The position numbers were made by a program, and so were the translations under genes. The notes beneath the pieces are model-generated. The model was not told the DNA's origin. It did no database searches and worked only from the letters and a program-made list of their open reading frames with translations. This document shows, in pieces, positions 1 through 12,167 of a DNA stretch of 64,000 bases (position 1 is the stretch's first letter; each line of letters opens with the position of its first letter). The stretch comes from Octopus bimaculoides (taxonomy: Eukaryota): the NCBI RefSeq assembly GCF_001194135.2, contig NC_068981.1, positions 71,242,434 through 71,306,433 on the forward strand, read 5' to 3'.

Positions 1-53
1 TGTATATGTATATATATATGTATACACACACATATATGTATGTATGCATGTAT

Positions 54-207
54 GTATTGGTAGTGCAAATCAGAGGTGCAATCTGTGTGGGTGTTTTTTC
101 AAAACACTGTCTGGTTTAAAAAGCCACATCAGACGCCATGAAAGGGCTAAGGTGTAGGTGCAGGAGGTGGTCAAACTCTGTTTAAGGAGTAGACAACCAC
201 CACCATG
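54..207 (+). mobile_element. 5'-truncated 3' end of an RTE-like LINE (C-terminal C2H2 finger, 3'UTR, (ATGT)n tail)
   Basis: Encodes ...SANQRCNLCGCFFKTLSGLKSHIRRHERAKV*, then ...aaggagtagacaaccaccaccat(gtat)n. Identical to 60469-60617 over 149 bp. RTE assignment is inferred from the tail and the C-terminal finger. Confidence 0.65.
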
Positions 208-221
208 TATGTATGTATGTA

Positions 222-430
222 TATGTTGTGTGTCTCTTTCCCCCTCCATCGCTTGACAACCGATGTTGTTCTGTTTACGTCCATATAAACTAGCGGTTCG
301 GCAAAAGAAATCGATAGATTAAGTACTAGGCTTACAAAGAATAAATCCTGGGGTCGATTTGTTCAACTAAAAGCGGTGCTCCAGCATGGCCGCACTCAAT
401 CAAATAACTGAAACAAGTAAAAGAATACAA
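222..430 (+). mobile_element. SINE family A, 3' half
   Basis: atcgcttgacaaccgatg...cctggggtcgatttgttcaactaaaagcggtgctccagcatggccgc...aagtaaaagaata matches the 3' half of the complete copy at 52174-52598. Confidence 0.85.
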
Positions 431-497
431 GAACATATATATGTGTATGCATGTACGTATATATATGATTTAAACTATATAAATGTGTGTCTCTGTC

Positions 498-554
<57 letters not shown>

Positions 555-1070
555 CAAAATATTTACCACACGCAGTCATTATCATCAACATATTTACTCT
601 TTAGTTTTACCAACCCCTACTGGATGTGTGCGAATAAGTATGTGTATGTATGTATGTTTATTAATACGGGTATGCATATGTGCATATTAATATGTATGTG
701 TATGTGTACTTGTAAGCGTGTGAAACTATACTAAAACAAGTGTCAGGCAGGAAAATAGCTGAGTGTAGAATTTTAGCAATTTTCTCAATTTCTTAAGAAA
801 TTGCATAACATTGTTCACCGTCGACATCAACAACAATAGCGTTTACAGTAAAAGATTAAAGAGACAAACAGCTGTATGTAGCTTTATAATATTTCAGTGT
901 ATTTTCTTCTTTATTCTCTTAGTCCCCTGCATTTCTGTCTGTGTTACAGGATTTCTTTTTTTTTCTTTATTTTCTTTCTGTTTTTTTCCTTTATGCACTT
1001 TTTTACTCATGTGAACATCTTACTGATGAACTATTTATTTAACTGTGTCTATGTATTTATACTTTTTACT

Positions 1071-1443
1071 GTGGAGGCGCAATGGTCCAGCGGTTTGGGC
1101 AACGGACTCGCGGTCATAGGATTGTGGTTTCGATTCCCAGACTGGGCGTTGTGAGTGTTTATTGAGTGAAAACATTTAAAGTTCCACGTGGCTCCGGCAA
1201 GCGGTGATGGAGAACCCTGCTGTACTCTTTCTCTCATTCTTTCTCCTTGTTTCTGTTGTACCTGTATTTCAAAGGGCCAGCTTTGTCACACTCTGTATGA
1301 CGCTGAATATCCCCGAGAACAACGTTAAGGATACACGTGTCTGTGGAGCGCTCAGCCACTTGCACGTTAATTTCACGAGCAGGCTGTTCCATTGATTGGA
1401 TCAACTGGAACCCTCGTCGTCGTAACCGACGGAGTGCCGTAGT
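1071..1443 (+). mobile_element. SINE family C (tRNA-derived head), full length, with TSD
   Basis: Head has A-box tggtccagcgg and B-box ggtttcgattcc. Homologous to 21052-21373 (-) and 55753-56090 (+). Flanked by atactttttact (1059-1070) and atgctttttact (1444-1455). Confidence 0.88.
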
Positions 1444-1732
1444 ATGCTTTTTACTTCTTTTATCTCTCTGGCTCTATATCTGTCTGTTTCTACTTCACTT
1501 AACATGGCTCTACTTTCTCACTTCTCTCAGAATCAATCTAATTGTTCATGAAACATAAATATATCTTAAACACAACATGTCGCAAATTTCTAAAAAGTAT
1601 TTCCGTGTGAATGCTACCCTGCATTTTCTGGTTATATACTCTATGAAATATGTAGTCCCGTAAGGCATCGCTTTTTTTACATATCTATTTCCTTCCACGT
1701 AGCTTATCATAGCAAATACTTATGAATCTTGA

Positions 1733-2284
1733 CGCAGGAGTGGCTGTGTAGTAAGAAGCATGCTTCCCAACCACATTGTTCTGGGTTCAGTCCCACATAG
1801 TGCCTTGGGAAAGTGTCTTCTGCTATAGCCTCGGGCCGACCAAAGCTTTGAAAGTGGATTTGGTAGACGAAAACTGAAAGACGCTCGTCGTATATATATA
1901 TATATATATATATATNNNNNNNNNNNNNNNNNNNNNNNNNNNNNNNNNNNNNNNNNNNNNNNNNNNNNNNNNNNNNNNNNNNNNNNNNNNNNNNNNNNNN
2001 NNNNNNNNNNNNNNNNNNNNNNNNNNNNNNNNNNNNNNNNNNNNNNNNNNNNNNNNNNNNNNNNNNNNNNNNNNNNNNNNNNNNNNNNNNNNNNNNNNNN
2101 NNNNNNNNNNNNNNNNNNNNNNNNNNNNNNNNNNNNNNNNNNNNNNNNNNNNNNNNNNNNNNNNNATATACTAGGCTTACAAAGAATAAGCTCTGGGGTT
2201 AATTTGTTCGACTAAAGGCGGTGCTCCAGCATGGCTGTAGCCAAATGACTGAAACAAGTAAAAGTATAAAAGAATAAAAGAGTA
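1733..2284 (+). mobile_element. SINE family A spanning an N-gap at its internal (TA)n
   Basis: Head ggagtggctgtgtagtaag...gggttcagtccc, body to ...cgtcg(ta)n, gap 1916-2165, then tail ...ggcggtgctccagcatggc...aagtaaaag. Confidence 0.88.
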
Positions 2285-2360
2285 CATTTAAAATATTGAA
2301 GCCTTGTCGCTTTTACACTGGTTTATCAACCCCAAACTTCCTACTTCTAAATATTGTATA

Positions 2361-2572
2361 CAGTAACCCTTCGTCTATCGCGGGTGTTATGTTCCAAATC
2401 CCCGTGCGATAGGTGACAATCCGCGAAGTAGAAACTGTATATTTTTTTTATTATTTTTATAATTTGTATATATTTATTTTATTATAAATGCAAAACAACA
2501 CCACGGAGGAATTGACGTAAGCTTAAATAATAAACGGTGATAGGTGAACCGCTATATGGCGAGGGATTGCTG
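2361..2572. mobile_element. pogo/Tigger-like MITE (212 bp)
   Basis: Imperfect ~25-bp TIRs cagtaacccttcgtctatcgcgg / ccgctatatggcgagggattgctg with TA on both sides (2359-2360, 2573-2574). No coding capacity. Confidence 0.8.
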
Positions 2573-2586
2573 TATTATGAAATATA

Positions 2587-2805
2587 TTTCTTTATTGCTC
2601 ACAGGGGGCTAAACATAGAGGAGACAAACGAGGACAGACAAAGCAATTAAGTCGATTGCATCGACCCCAGTGCGTAACTGGTACTTATTTAATCGACCCC
2701 GAAAGGATGAAAGCCAAAGTCGACCCCGGCACAATATGAACTCAGAACGTAACGGCAGACGAAATACCGCTAAGCATTTCGCCCAACGTGCTAACGATTC
2801 TGCCA
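2587..2805 (-). mobile_element. SINE family B
   Basis: Reverse complement of the TSD-flanked copy at 11429-11661. Confidence 0.88.
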
Positions 2806-3387
2806 TAATTTAGTATTCAACAGTTGGGGCTAAAACTTTTATTTATATATTCATTCATGCATTCATTCCTTCATAACTGATAAACAAAAGGTACACTGAA
2901 AGTAATAAAGTAACTAAGTTCAATATACAAAGTTAGTCATTTAATCCAAGCAATTCATTTGCGCTCAGTATTCCATGCTCATAATGGTTAAACAATAGGG
3001 TAAGATGCAGATCTCCATAACAACAGAACAGCATGATTAATAAGTGTTCGTATGATAAATTTATTGAAATACTACGTGCGCCTTTATTATAGTCCTTATC
3101 GAAAAGCTTATGATAATCTCCATTTATCTAATTAGTGTATTGGTATGATGATAGCTCTAATACTATAGTGGAAATCACGTTAAAGGTTTCGAGTACATGT
3201 CTCCTATAAAGTTAACCTAGATGACGAAGTAACAATATCATAAAATATATATTCCAACAGAGTTTTAAAAGAGTTGAAAAATACTCGTCTATAAAGATTG
3301 TGAGTTAATAAAAAAAAAATTCATTTCCGTTCAATTCGTCGGCACTCATGTTTCCTTTTGACCTACTCTTATTTCAAATTTAATTTC

Positions 3388-3903
<516 letters not shown>

Positions 3904-4010
3904 GAACGCCAAGTTCAATATTCTTAAAGCTGACTTGATGAGAGTGATTGGGAATGTGTCTCGCATGTGTGCCCCTATAGAATTGGAGAGACATACACTT
4001 CATCCACTGC

Positions 4011-4360
4011 ATGCAGTTCTTTGACTACAACCAAAGGGACAGGATTAAAATGAACAAAGGAGTCAGGGCTAAGTATAAAGCCATCATAGAGACTGATGCA
4101 AAGGGGATCTGCCCGCTATACAAGAGTAAATCCTGGAACAACACAGAAAGGATCAGAAAAATTATAGACAAGGCCAATTCATGGTATGACAACAAAGAAT
4201 ACCAGAGTGACATGTTCGTTGATGCTACACCTGGCGGCGAACTAGCATACTTTTTTTTAGAAAAACATTAAATAAGGCCAATCTACGGATTAATGTGGTA
4301 GAAAGGTCTAGTGCCTCTATAAGATGCCTGCTCTGTAGAACTTATCCTTTCGAGACCTCA
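4011..4360 (+). pseudogene. Penelope-like element ORF relic (region between RT and GIY-YIG)
   Basis: ...DAKGICPLYKSKSWNNTERIRKIIDKANSWY...SDMFVDATPGGEL, frameshift, then LNKANLRINVVERSSASIRCLLCRTYPF. I recognise this as the G-x-PLYR-x2-W...WY...FV-x2-TP-x2-EL...VVE-x2-G pattern of Penelope-like ORFs. Confidence 0.55.
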
Positions 4361-4364
4361 TTCA

Positions 4365-5085
4365 TCAGTTTTCCTGAACGTTTGGTTTTGATAGCCTTTG
4401 CTAACTGCTTCAGCAAGTTGGCATGGTACTCTGCATTGATGGTGTGATCCTTTTGAAGGTAGTCAAAAACACAATACCTTTTGCATTCCCACAGCACTAA
4501 GGCCATCACCTTCCCCACAAATGAAACGATTTTGCCCTTCTTTGGAGCATGTGAGCAGGGGTGTTTTCACTGCATAGATTGTCTCTTTGTCTTTGATTCA
4601 AAACCATGAACCCAACAATCATCCTGCGTTAAAAAACGTTTAAAGAAACCAGCTGGATCTGCCTTAAACGATGTCATATTTTACCATGATATGATCAGCC
4701 TAGTGCGCCTTCGATCAGGTGTCTGAAGACATGGCACCCACCTAGCTGAAATGTTCGTAATTCCAAGTCCATTGAGCACAATATTCTCAACTCTCTCACA
4801 GTTATGCTAATATTGTTGACTATTTCATTTATAGCCTATCGCCTGTTATCCATCATTATATGGTGAACTCGATCACTGTTTTCTTCTGTGGTAGCATTTG
4901 CGGAGCATCCAGACATTAGATCATCTTCAAAATTCTCTCTTCCCCCTCCTAAATTCAGCCTCACTTTTTTGCACTGTTGATAAAGCCCCCTAATGTAGTA
5001 ATCATATCAGCATGAATGTTGTCGGGAGTTAAATCTTTTATCCGCTGATACTTTATAACAGAATGATGCCAAATTCCGTTCATTT
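4365..5085 (-). mobile_element. mariner transposase relic 1
   Basis: - strand gives ARWVP, ADPAGFFKRFLTQDDCWVHGFESKTKRQSMQ, GKVMALVLWECK...DYLQKDHTINAEYHANLLKQLAKAIKTKRSGKL, with stops and frameshifts. Confidence 0.85.
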
Positions 5086-5179
5086 TCAAGAAAAATCGCT
5101 ACTAGTTAGATTTGAGGTTTTCTTTGAAGAGTAAGATGTCAGTTTACCTAGAAAGAAACAATACATTATTAACAAGAGC

Positions 5180-5935
5180 TGAAATTAATGCATGCAATAT
5201 TTCCCAAAGGAGCATATTCTGTATATTTTGCTTTATGAGTTCAATAAAGGCAACAGCGCAACAGAAAGCGCGAGGAATATCAATGCAGTATATGGAGATC
5301 GGACAATAACCGTAAGCCAGTGTCAACAGTGGGTCAAGAAACTCCGAGCCGGAAACTACGGTCAAGAAGACGAGCCTCGCCATGGAAGATCTGTAGAGCT
5401 TGATGAGGACGTCTTGCAAAACCTGGTGGAACAAAATCCCATCGTAGCTAGCAGAGAATCTTAGATTTGGTCATTCAAACATTCATCGACACCTGCGTGC
5501 CATCGGAAAAGTTAGCAAATTGAATCAATAGGTTCATCACAAACTTTCCGAGTCTAATCGCGCGCAGAGAATGAATGTGTGCTCTTCTTTGCTGCCATGT
5601 CTCACGAATGAACATTTTTTGGACCGAATAGTGACTGGTGATGAGAAATGGGTTCTCTGTAAAGATGTCAATGGGTAGGGAAAGGAAAAACATCGGCACC
5701 CTAGGCTAAAGAAAGTCTTCACTCGCGTAAGGTATTGTTATCTGTTTGGTGGGATATGAAAGGTTTAGTCTACTTTGAACTTTTAAACCCCAACCAAACG
5801 ATAACAAAGGAGGTCTACTGCGAGCAGTTTGAGCGGCTTGAGTCAGCACCAGAAGAAAAACGACCATCTTTGATTTCAAGACGAAAGGTGCTCTTCCGTC
5901 AGGATAATGCTTGGCCACATACAGCGAGGGTTCAT
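5180..5935 (+). mobile_element. mariner transposase relic 2 (Hsmar1/cecropia-like)
   Basis: ILLYEFNKGNSATESARNINAVYGDRT...EDEPRHGRS (HTH), FLDRIVTGDEKWV, SVWWDMKGLVYFELLNPNQTI...QDNAWPHTAR. Truncated before the YSPDL motif. Confidence 0.9.
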
Positions 5936-6402
5936 TCGAAAGGCTGGACACAGTTTGCTGACTTTTCTGATGGCACGCAGGTGTCGATGAATGGTTGAAT
6001 GACCAAATATTAAAAAAGGCAGTGCTCTAGCATGGCCGCAGTTAAATGACTGAAGAAAGTAAAAAAGTGAAAAATGTATATATATATATATATATGCGAG
6101 TAAAAATAAATACAAAAAAAGGTAGATTTTTTTGTATGATTGTGTATAGAGGAATATATTATTTTGCTTAAAAGAGTTCCAACACTGTCTGTTTTTTATG
6201 TTTTATTTATATTCCTGCAGAACTAATGTGGGGTATAGAATATGGAATATACAATATATAATATAATATACAATATATAATATAAAATAAAATAAAAATG
6301 GATGGCACCATGAAATAAAGTATTGAATGTAGATGAAATATTGAGTGTTCAATATAAAGGATCAAATATATAAATATATAAATATAAATATATATATATA
6401 AA

Positions 6403-6442
6403 GGCGACTCGAGTTTCAGGGCTATTTCCCTTCGTCATGGCC
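6403..6442 (-). ncRNA. Minimal type I hammerhead-like motif with variant core, Penelope-type
   Basis: - strand GGC-C-AUGACGA-AGGG-aaauag-CCCU-GAAAC-UCGA-GUC^GCC: stem II AGGG/CCCU, palindromic stem III ACUCGAGU, GUC triplet, stem I GGC/GCC. Core has an extra or substituted A at position 3. Confidence 0.5.
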
Positions 6443-6536
6443 GGTATGACAGTCTTTAACATATATATATATGCACATATGAAAGCGAGAGAAAGAGAGA
6501 GTGACAGACAGGCAGACAAACAGACAGATATCTACA

Positions 6537-7440
6537 CACGATGGTTGAACTGAAAGTAATGCACAAGTGAACACGTTTTTTATTTACTGACAGTTCTCCT
6601 CTAGAGTGATTCTCTTTCCCGTTCTTCATTGCATATAAATAATGAGTTACAATCTGAACTAATCTGCTCTCACTGAGTTCTTGACAAAGGATGAGTCTAA
6701 GCTGTCTGATTTTTGTAGAAGGCTAAATGCTGCTTATGCAGATGGCACTATTGACCAATGCTATGCGCTCAGGTGGATGAACAAGTTTGAAGAAGAAACC
6801 AGCATTGAAAACAAACATCACGCAGTGGAAAACTATCAACTGCAACAACCTCCGGCGCGAATTGCTAGCGAGTGGATGAACTGGTTCCTTCAGACGGACG
6901 AGTCAAAATCAGTGAACTTTCTGCACAACTGGATCTTGGTCACAATGCTTCACAGAACATGGTAAGATAAGCTGAGTGTCGAAAAGTGTGCATAAAGTGA
7001 CTACCTTATCAGTTGACACCCGGTTTAAATGAGAAAAGGTTAGAAATCTACACTGATCTGCTGGAAGCATTAGAAGGCAATAAAGATATTTTTGCCACCT
7101 AGACTCAAGAGGAAACTCTACTCCAAGGCCTAAGAATTTCAAGAGCCGGTGATAGGCACAGAAAGTAATGGTAACTTTCGAGGGGATGATGAATGTCACT
7201 TTCTTTCTGAAACGTGCCTGTGCAGTGAACAGCGAGACGTACGCGACATTGAGACATTCAAAAAGCTTAGAATAGACATTAGAACAATAATCTGAAAATG
7301 ATTCACATTCGCCATAACAGTGCGTGGTCATACATATATTTGACAACAAATCAGTTAATCAGCAAACTGGGTTGGTTAGTAGTTTCCCCTATCCTCCGTA
7401 CAACCCAGATTTCGTGCCTTCCGACTTGGGGACCGATGAG
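6537..7440 (+). mobile_element. mariner transposase relic 3, heavily degraded
   Basis: TIR-like start cgatggttgaactgaaagtaatgc; EFLTKDESKLSDFCRRLNAAYADGTID...RWMNKF; later PYPPYNPDFVPSD (HPPYSPDLAPSD motif). Confidence 0.75.
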
Positions 7441-8867
7441 GTGGAAGTGTACAACAATATTCATCTGAATTTTGTCAAAAACAATTTAGAGGTTGGGTTC
7501 ATTGTTGGCGCAAATGCATCGCTTATGATAGTGATTATGTTTAACAGTACTTTTGTATAGGAGAAATCACTCTATCAACCAGTGCACTTTGAGCATCTAT
7601 GTCATTTAATATAAAAGTAATGTCACTTTAGTAGAAGGTATAAAACCGAGCACACGCGTATGTGCGTGTATGTGTGTGTGCATGTGTTTGTGTGTGTGAA
7701 TGGCTGGATGCATGGATGAATGTACTGTGGAAGTTATAGAAATAGAGGGAAAGATTATAATTAGGAAAACATATACGTGTATATGTAAGAAGTGCAGTGA
7801 AAAAACTTTGTATAATATATTTTGAAACAAAATGCCTGAGATATAGATTGGGTTGTTGAACCAAATCAGAGGTAGGTTATGTAGATAGAGATTTAGCGGC
7901 TTGGAAAACATAAAATTAATAATGTTGATAACTGTGGTAAATATATTAGCTGAAGTTCATTGACTTTATGAGTATTAAAAAACGTGTTAGCTGCGTTTTA
8001 AATTAGTTCTTCAGGACTTACACACACACACACACGCACGCACACAAACACACACACACACACATACACACTCACACACACACATATACAATTACCATTG
8101 AGTCTGTGAAGTAGTAGTTATTATGAGTAAATATTAGTAATAAAATGATTCTAATAAAATAAAGTTACTCAAGTAGGTTAAGAGAGTCCCGGCAGTGAGT
8201 AAGAAGGTAAGGGTTGGAGAAGGCAATGGGAGAAGCTAGAGATAAAGCCAAGTTAAAACATAAGAAAGTAAAATTAAATTGCACTATAAACTATAATGGA
8301 ATTAATATGAAAACGGGAAATAGGGTTGGTAAGGAGACACATGGGAGAGATATCAGAAACACTTTCTTCTGGAAGTGAGAAATGTGAAAACAAAAACATG
8401 GGTGAATTTTATAAGTATGATATCAGCAGAAAGAGGGATAATATTTAAAGATGAATCAATTTTTGTTTTTATATATGTAACTGAAGAGCAACATAAGATA
8501 ACGTGAAAATGGGGATAAATAGATATGCTATAAGAAGATAGATGAAAGCACCGTTCTGAAAAATGTGAAGTTTTATACAGAGTAATGTGGAGCGTATTAA
8601 TAAAAAAAAATGAGGTAATAATACTGAAACAAGCCGGCAATTTTATGCAGATTCTTTGACATTGTTAATTTCTCTTATGTTCATTAAGTTAATACATTTC
8701 ATTAATCAGTTAATATATTTACCACAACTATAAGCATTCCTAAGTTTAATGTCCCCTTGTTTTCTCCTTTCGATATATCCCTCAAATTTAATTCCCTCCG
8801 ATCCTCGTCTCAAACTTTTTACAGTAAAATATATATTACACACCTTTTAACGAAACTCGCACACATA

Positions 8868-8914
<47 letters not shown>

Positions 8915-9239
8915 TGTTCTATGTGCGCACGCGTGTATATGTATGTATGTCATTATTCAGTTTATTTCAAGATTTCTTGCCAATTGAGAAAGAACCGGTT
9001 TCTAACCTAGATCCAAGATTCCTTCATTGGAATTTCAACATCAACAACAGGGTATTTTTGTTTGTTTGTATGTATGTATGTATGTATGTATGTATGTATG
9101 TTTGCATGCATGCATGTATGTATGTTTGTATGTTTGTATGCATGTATGTATGTATGTTTGTATGCATGTATGTATGTATGTGCAGATTTGTATGTTTTAT
9201 GTATGCATTCTCATACATATAGTTACATATCTAGACATG

Positions 9240-11880
9240 CTCATATATATTTACATGATAAACTTCTGGAAAGTTTTACAGATTTTTACAGTTCCAGTGA
9301 TGGATTGGATCTGTAGTCTTCAAATTAGCTTTCTCCTTTCTGGTATTGAGAAGGATAATTTCTCAAGATTGGTATCTAGGCAGTATGTTACTTATCCCAG
9401 GGCCCAATAATTACAGATATAAACATGAAGTTGTAATCTGGATAGAGTAACTGCATATTTCTCAATAGTTCAGAATGGAAGTTCTCATTTTCACTAATCT
9501 TTACTTTTTTGTTAACATCCGCTAAGCAGCTAATTTCCACAACTGTGCACAGTTTCTCTTCTCTATCTCAAATCATTTTTCAGGTCTGTTGTGCTTACAT
9601 TTTATTGAGGTCTTCACTGGTACATTCTACCAGTATTCGTTTTCATTATGAGTGGCTATGGCTTCTACCATATTATTTTTTTTATCCTTTCTTTGTCCTC
9701 GGGATTATCCTTCTGACGGATTTCATTTTTGGATGACATTTTCGGACGACTGCTTATGATGTGGGTGATATCTTCAGTGTGAACTTCACAAAATCTGCAT
9801 CCATTGTCACATTTTACTGCTTTTCCCGCATCTCTATCCCTTTTGTGCATCAGGTACTTGGTTGATATTTCCTGTTCCTGGATTGCAAGCGCACACCCAT
9901 CAAAGTGGGAGGTAGTAATCAAGTTCCATGATAAACTGCTTTGACGATGAATGTTACTATCATCACGAAGCTTTCTACTAATATATCCATGCATAGTCTT
10001 CTGCTCATATAGGTTCATCCTTTCATCTGATGATACGTTGCGGCAGAGTCATGTGACTTCTTTGAACATGTATTCTAGGTTATCAGACGAAGAATGTTAC
10101 TCAAGGAACTGCTTGCTTTCCAAGTCTTATGATGTTTTCAGCCTCATGTATGCAAGTTATCAAGGGATGCACTTCGACACTTGGTGGTTAAAAGATGTTG
10201 CTGAAGGAATATGATGCGACGTTCAAAGACATTTTGGATCGATGTTAAGCCTCTGCCACCTTGTTTACATTTTAGGTTGAAACAGTCTACATCACTGTTT
10301 ATGTGGAAATTATGTGTGCTTGTTAGTATTTTTCGTGTTTTCATATCAATGGCTCGGATTTCATCAAGTGACCAATCAAGCAGCCCAAATGTTGGTATGA
10401 GTACTAGCACTGCAAACACAATGTGAGCCACGGTTTTATTGAATGCAGAGAGCTCTGAGGTTCAAATTTACTTTATTCTGCTGTAATATTCTTTAGTGAC
10501 ACGTGTTTTGTTACAGGTGCCATTGTAAATTATGTTCTCCTCCACCCCTAGATACCTATAACATTCCTCGACAGATGCAGGGGAAACAGTCAAATCATTG
10601 ATGGAGAAGTTGCTAGTCTGGTTTACAGTCTTCCCCTTTTTCACAACAATATAACAACGTTTATCCTGACCAAACTCCAACCCAACATCCTTTGGGAATG
10701 TTGTAACTAGGTCAAGGCTATTTTTCTTCTCATGCATTTTCCTTGCATAAAGTTTTAAGTCATCCACAAAGAAACAGTATGTAATTTTGGTATTTCTATT
10801 TCCTTGTGAACCAGTGAGATATCCTTCAGACTTCATTAACATGAATGATAAAAGGTTTACAGAAAGTATAAACAACATCACAGAGAGGCTATCTCCTTGG
10901 AATATGCCTTTGTGATATTGCATTCTATCGGTGATAATACAGTTACTCTTTGTGTTTAATTTCAAGATGGTGGCCCACGATGAAGTCAGGTCAACTATGG
11001 CTTTGACTTTTCTCACTGGAACTTTAGCAAGTTGAAGGGTTTCTAGCATCTATGAGTGGGGAACAGAGTCAAAGACTTTCTTGCAATCTAGCCACATTGA
11101 AATTAGGTTCTTCCTATGCTCTCACACCTCTGTCATCACAGTTTTGTTGATTAGTAATTGCTCGTCACATCTCCAGACTCCCTTTTTCCCAGCTACTTGT
11201 TCTGCTGTGATAATGTTATTGGTTTCTCAATGGTCTTGGCGGAAGAGGTTTAAACATACTATATATATCTTATTCATTAAGTTCTGGCATGCAATTGGCC
11301 GGTGGTTTTTGCTATGTGGGTGGTTCTGCATTTGGGGATCAATCTTGTGTCTGTCAGAGCTAGCCAGTTTGGTATACTACTGTTCCCAATGAAAGCTTGT
11401 TTGTACAGATCGGTAGAATGTTAGCTTCAAGGCGGTGAGCTGGCAGAAACGTTAGAACGCCGGGCGAAATGCTCAGCGGTATTTCGTCTGCCGCTACGTT
11501 CTGAGTTCAAATTCCGCCAAGGTCGACTTTGCCTTTCATCCTTTCGGGGTCGATTAAATAAGTACCAGTTACGCACTGGGGTCGATATAATCGACTTAAT
11601 CCGTTTGTCTGTTCTTGCTTGTCCCCTCCGTGTGTAGCCCTTTGTGGGCAATAAAGAAATAAGAATGTTAGCTTCTTGTACCAATATCCAAAAATCAAGT
11701 CTCTTCCAGATGCTTTTCTATCCTGGAGTTTCTGGATCACAGTTGCAAGAGTTTCACCAGCAATGTTGTACGTCTTGGATGTAACGCAGGAGCAATAACT
11801 TTTTCGGATTTTCTTCCAGCCACAGATCGAAGTTCGAGTAACAATGGGCTCTACTGGACGAGTTAGATAAGATAGGCATG
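9240..11880 (-). mobile_element. R4/Dong-like non-LTR retrotransposon relic (RT, CCHC knuckle, restriction-like endonuclease)
   Basis: KASGRDLIFGYWYKKL; KGIFQGDSLSVMLF...FFVDDLKLYA...LEFGQDK; FGLLDWS...KTRK...GGRGL; CRFCEVHTEDITHIISS; REEKLCTVVEISCLADVN. Multiple stops. Interrupted by a family B SINE. Confidence 0.85.
11429..11661 (+). mobile_element. SINE family B, full length, inserted in the R4-like relic
   Basis: Perfect 14-bp TSD agaatgttagcttc (11415-11428 and 11662-11675). tRNA-like head with B-box gagttcaaattcc. Confidence 0.93.
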
Positions 11881-12083
11881 TATTCCCTTACGGCTGATGT
11901 AGTTTAACTCTTTTTTTTCAAGGCTTGAGCACCAATTTCGAGAAACTAGCTTCGAATCGATTTGTGGTCATCGAATATTCTTTCGAGGATGAAGATTCTT
12001 ACTTTCTACCGTTGGCAACACTTCAGCGCATACCTGTTGACCGTTTTCTGCGTTTTAGTTTGTCTTACAAAGTCCCTTTGAAA

Positions 12084-12167
12084 AATTCAAATTTGATTGC
12101 AAAGAATTCAAATATGATTGCAGAGAATTCAAATTTGATTGCAAAGAATTCAAAGTTGATGGTAAAA
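12084..12167. repeat. 21-bp minisatellite, 4 copies
   Basis: aattcaaatttgattgcaaag / aattcaaatatgattgcagag / aattcaaatttgattgcaaag / aattcaaagttgatggtaaaa. Confidence 0.92.

Noticed and set aside
8180-8640. Purine-rich tracts as LINE relics (also ~50900-51260 and ~62450-63340)
   Set aside because: Composition suggests old LINE fragments, but I could not recover diagnostic motifs.
12084-12167. CRISPR-like array (also 56188-56264 and 24730-24820)
   Set aside because: Head-to-tail tandem units with no unique spacers, in a eukaryotic context.
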